A stretch of 27,152 nucleotides of DNA from contig JAYEOW010000045.1 in NCBI GenBank assembly GCA_034723395.1, positions 1 through 27,152 on the forward strand, written 5' to 3'. The stretch's first letter is position 1, and each line of letters begins with the position of its first letter. Of the stretch, positions 24,775-27,152 are shown piece by piece. The DNA comes from Candidatus Margulisiibacteriota bacterium (GTDB taxonomy: Bacteria; Margulisbacteria; WOR-1; O2-12-FULL-45-9). The position numbers were made by a program, and so were the translations under genes. The notes under the pieces were generated by a model, which worked only from the letters and a program-made list of their open reading frames with translations, did no database searches and was not told the DNA's origin.

Positions 24775-26249
24775 TATTCGAATAGATCAACAATCTTGCG
24801 TTTGTTCACGTCCATCAATCCATTAGCGGTTATTTTCAATTCCGGGATATCGGCCAGGGTCAAGAAAGAGAGCGCCCCGAACGGGTGATCGATCTTGCTC
24901 CCAAAGTCCGCGCAAACCTTATCGATCTTCTTCTGTTCAACCGCTACCTGGATCAGCGGCTTGTCCGACATCAATCCGGCGATCGGCAGGGGCAATTCTC
25001 CCAAGACCAATCCTCCGCTGACCACGACCTTCCCTCCCCCCAATCTTTCCACCCGCCTGATCGCGGAGATCATGTCCTCATCATCTACCCCGACGCAAAC
25101 GATATTATGCGCGTTATGGGCAAAAGAGGTCGCGATCGCCCCTTTCTTAAGCCCAAATCCCTTCACTAACCCGATCCCGATCCTGCCGCTGGACCTATGT
25201 CTTTCAACTACGGCAACTTTAAGGATATCGCTTCCCGGATCGGAAACCAGAAGCTTATCTTTTTTCTTCACTACCGCAACAATCGCTTTGGTTACAGTCT
25301 GTCCGGGAATAATCTCGATCGCCTTAGCGTAATCTGATTTTGCGGTGACCTGCAGTTCGTCAACCTCAAAAGGCTTTACATGCATGGTCTCACGCACCGC
25401 TTTGTTCTTTTTTACTTTTACCTCAAAAAGCGCTCTCCCTTTCGCCGCGACCTTCTTCCCCCGCTTAAAGACCATGTCCACTCCAAAGTCCTCCAGATTA
25501 GAAAGGACATTAATATCCGCAAAATATCCGGGGGCAACCACGCCATACGCGGTCAGGCCGTAAAACCTCGCAGGATTGATCGTGACCATCCGGATCGCGG
25601 TCATCGGATCGAAATTATACGAGACCGCTTTTTTTAAAATTTCATTGAGGTGCCCCGCCTCCAGGTCGGCCGGATAGATATCATCCGTGCAAAAGCAAAA
25701 AAAGCTCTGGTTGACCTGATCGATCAGCGGAATAATCGCCTCCATATTCTTAGCGGAAGACCCCTCCCGCACCAAGACTTGGCTCCCGGACCGAAGTTTA
25801 TTCTTAGCTTCTCCCGCGGTTGTTGCCTCGTGTGCAAAAAGTAACTCATCAGAAACTGAAAAATGTATGTCAAGCGGAAGCTTAGCGCTTACTTCCCGAA
25901 TATATTTGAATCCATCTTCTCCCATAATATTGACGATCTCATGCGGCCCTGCGATTACCGTGGTCGTCCCGTGGGGAACGACCGCGTGGGCAAGCTCGGG
26001 CGGGGTCAAAAGAGAACTTTCAATATGAACGTGGCCGTCAATGAACCCGGGAGCGACATATCGTCCGTTAAGGTCGATCTCCTCTTCCCCTGAATAATCA
26101 CCAACCCCGGCAATGCGCTCCTTATGGATCGCAACATCGGCTGGATATATCTCCCCCGAAAAGACGTTGATCAACTGTCCGTTCTTTAAGACCAGGCCCG
26201 CTTTTTTCTCGCCGCGGGAAACCGCCATGCGCTCCTTTAAACCGTTCAT
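24774..26249 (-). CDS. ade: Adenine deaminase homologue with an internal deletion (possibly inactive)
   Basis: PGFIDGHVHIESS, HGTTTV, REGSSAKN, FCTDD, V.ERH and LPIAGLMS motifs; the EVMN...DGH segment is absent. Start moved to ATG 26249. Confidence 0.85.
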   Translation of the reverse strand: MNGLKERMAVSRGEKKAGLVLKNGQLINVFSGEIYPADVAIHKERIAGVGDYSGEEEIDLNGRYVAPGFIDGHVHIESSLLTPPELAHAVVPHGTTTVIAGPHEIVNIMGEDGFKYIREVSAKLPLDIHFSVSDELLFAHEATTAGEAKNKLRSGSQVLVREGSSAKNMEAIIPLIDQVNQSFFCFCTDDIYPADLEAGHLNEILKKAVSYNFDPMTAIRMVTINPARFYGLTAYGVVAPGYFADINVLSNLEDFGVDMVFKRGKKVAAKGRALFEVKVKKNKAVRETMHVKPFEVDELQVTAKSDYAKAIEIIPGQTVTKAIVAVVKKKDKLLVSDPGSDILKVAVVERHRSSGRIGIGLVKGFGLKKGAIATSFAHNAHNIVCVGVDDEDMISAIRRVERLGGGKVVVSGGLVLGELPLPIAGLMSDKPLIQVAVEQKKIDKVCADFGSKIDHPFGALSFLTLADIPELKITANGLMDVNKRKIVDLFE

Positions 26250-26257
26250 ACCCGCAC

Positions 26258-26280
26258 AGTCTAACAAATTATGTTATAAT
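26258..26280. promoter_or_regulatory. Back-to-back extended -10 promoters, probable leaderless transcripts
   Basis: Minus-strand TGTTAGACT (26266-26258), 8 nt from ATG 26249. Plus-strand TGTTATAAT (26272-26280), 8 nt from ATG 26289. Confidence 0.65.
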
Positions 26281-26288
26281 CGGCAAGG

Positions 26289-26531
26289 ATGAAATTATAT
26301 TTTATCGAAGCTATCTGTTCGATACCGATCGTCGGATTAGGACAGATCATAAAAGGAAAAAGCAGGAAGGGACTGGCCCTTTTACTCGCTTTCTATTTTT
26401 TTCTACCGGCCCTTTTTTATTTTTCCCTGCTTTTCAATAACAACTTCCCGATCTTCGCGTTGGGTTTCACCCTTATCTTTGGTATAATCCTTTGGTCTTA
26501 CAGCATCCTTGATGCGTTGCTGAAAAAATGA
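26289..26531 (+). CDS. Small membrane protein
   Basis: GLGQI..G...KG pattern plus two TMs; ATGA overlap with the next gene. Confidence 0.75.
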   Translation: MKLYFIEAICSIPIVGLGQIIKGKSRKGLALLLAFYFFLPALFYFSLLFNNNFPIFALGFTLIFGIILWSYSILDALLKK

Positions 26532-27152
26532 GAAATTCGTTTAGATTAACAACATTATTTAATATCCCGGTAGAGATTAACATTTCCTGGTTTATTATTC
26601 TGGGACTGGTCGTATTCACTCTGGCGCAAGGCTACTTTCCGGTGACCAATCCGGAGCTGTCCGAAGGGACACATTGGTTCATGGCGATCATTGCCGCCTT
26701 GCTCCTCTTTGCATCGCTTTTAGCTCATGAGCTATCTCATTCACTAGTAGCAAAAAGGAATCGCCTGCCAATCCATGGGATAACCCTATTCGTCTTTGGC
26801 GGGGTCGCCCATATGTCAAAAGAGCCGCAATCTCCCGCAGTAGAGTTCAAGATGGCGATCGCCGGCCCCTTAATGAGCTTTTTCCTTTCGGCCTGTTTTT
26901 TTGCTTTATCGCGGTCTTTTTATTTTCTTGGGTTTCCGGGAGCGGTAGTTTCGATCACCAATTATCTTTTTATTCTCAATCTGGCAGTCGGTATTTTTAA
27001 CTTGATCCCTGGCTTCCCCCTGGATGGGGGGAGGATATTTCGTTCTATCCTCTGGAATTATTACAAAGACATTAAAAAAGCGACCGCCATCGCCAGCGCC
27101 TTTGGCAAAGGGTTCGCATTCTTCTTAATGGGGATCGGTTTTCTCAATCTCT
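26528..27152 (+). CDS. Site-2 protease (peptidase M50), truncated by window end
   Basis: Hand translation MRNSFRLTTLFNIPVEINISW... gives HELSH (HExxH), FGGVA, IAGP and FNLIPGFPLDGGR. Absent from the ORF track because there is no stop in the window. Confidence 0.93.
   Translation, partial: MRNSFRLTTLFNIPVEINISWFIILGLVVFTLAQGYFPVTNPELSEGTHWFMAIIAALLLFASLLAHELSHSLVAKRNRLPIHGITLFVFGGVAHMSKEPQSPAVEFKMAIAGPLMSFFLSACFFALSRSFYFLGFPGAVVSITNYLFILNLAVGIFNLIPGFPLDGGRIFRSILWNYYKDIKKATAIASAFGKGFAFFLMGIGFLNL

Noticed and set aside
26252..26279. TTATGTTATAA resembling a XerD arm
   Set aside because: No XerC arm ending in ATAA 6 bp upstream; it matches an extended -10 instead.

Overview
A compact bacterial chromosomal window, mostly housekeeping genes. 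It opens with the right end of an IS1202/ISNCY-type element. Recognisable genes: FAD-linked oxidase, two ferritin-fold proteins, a Ser/Thr-rich lipoprotein, tRNA-Asn, MscS, DusB, a 7-gene minus-strand operon (ICMT-like methyltransferase, histidine kinase, receiver protein, deoxyhypusine-synthase-like enzyme, RfaD/HldD, extended SDR, Na/Pi cotransporter), a membrane spermidine-synthase-like fusion, AmmeMemoRadiSam genes, SSB, a SagB-type nitroreductase, an LCP protein, hpt, a degenerate adenine deaminase and a partial site-2 protease. The gene mix is reminiscent of non-photosynthetic relatives of cyanobacteria (Saganbacteria/Margulisbacteria); this is inference only. Main observations: (1) three scattered orphan genes share the upstream motif TGAAATnnCC-N12-CGATA with sigma-28 promoter geometry, suggesting a dispersed orphan regulon; (2) many housekeeping genes look leaderless, including an 18-bp palindromic bidirectional promoter between start codons 16 bp apart; (3) two families of small repeats occur both between and inside genes; (4) AmmeMemoRadiSam and SagB proteins carry N-terminal signal/anchor peptides; (5) the adenine deaminase has lost part of its metal-binding barrel.
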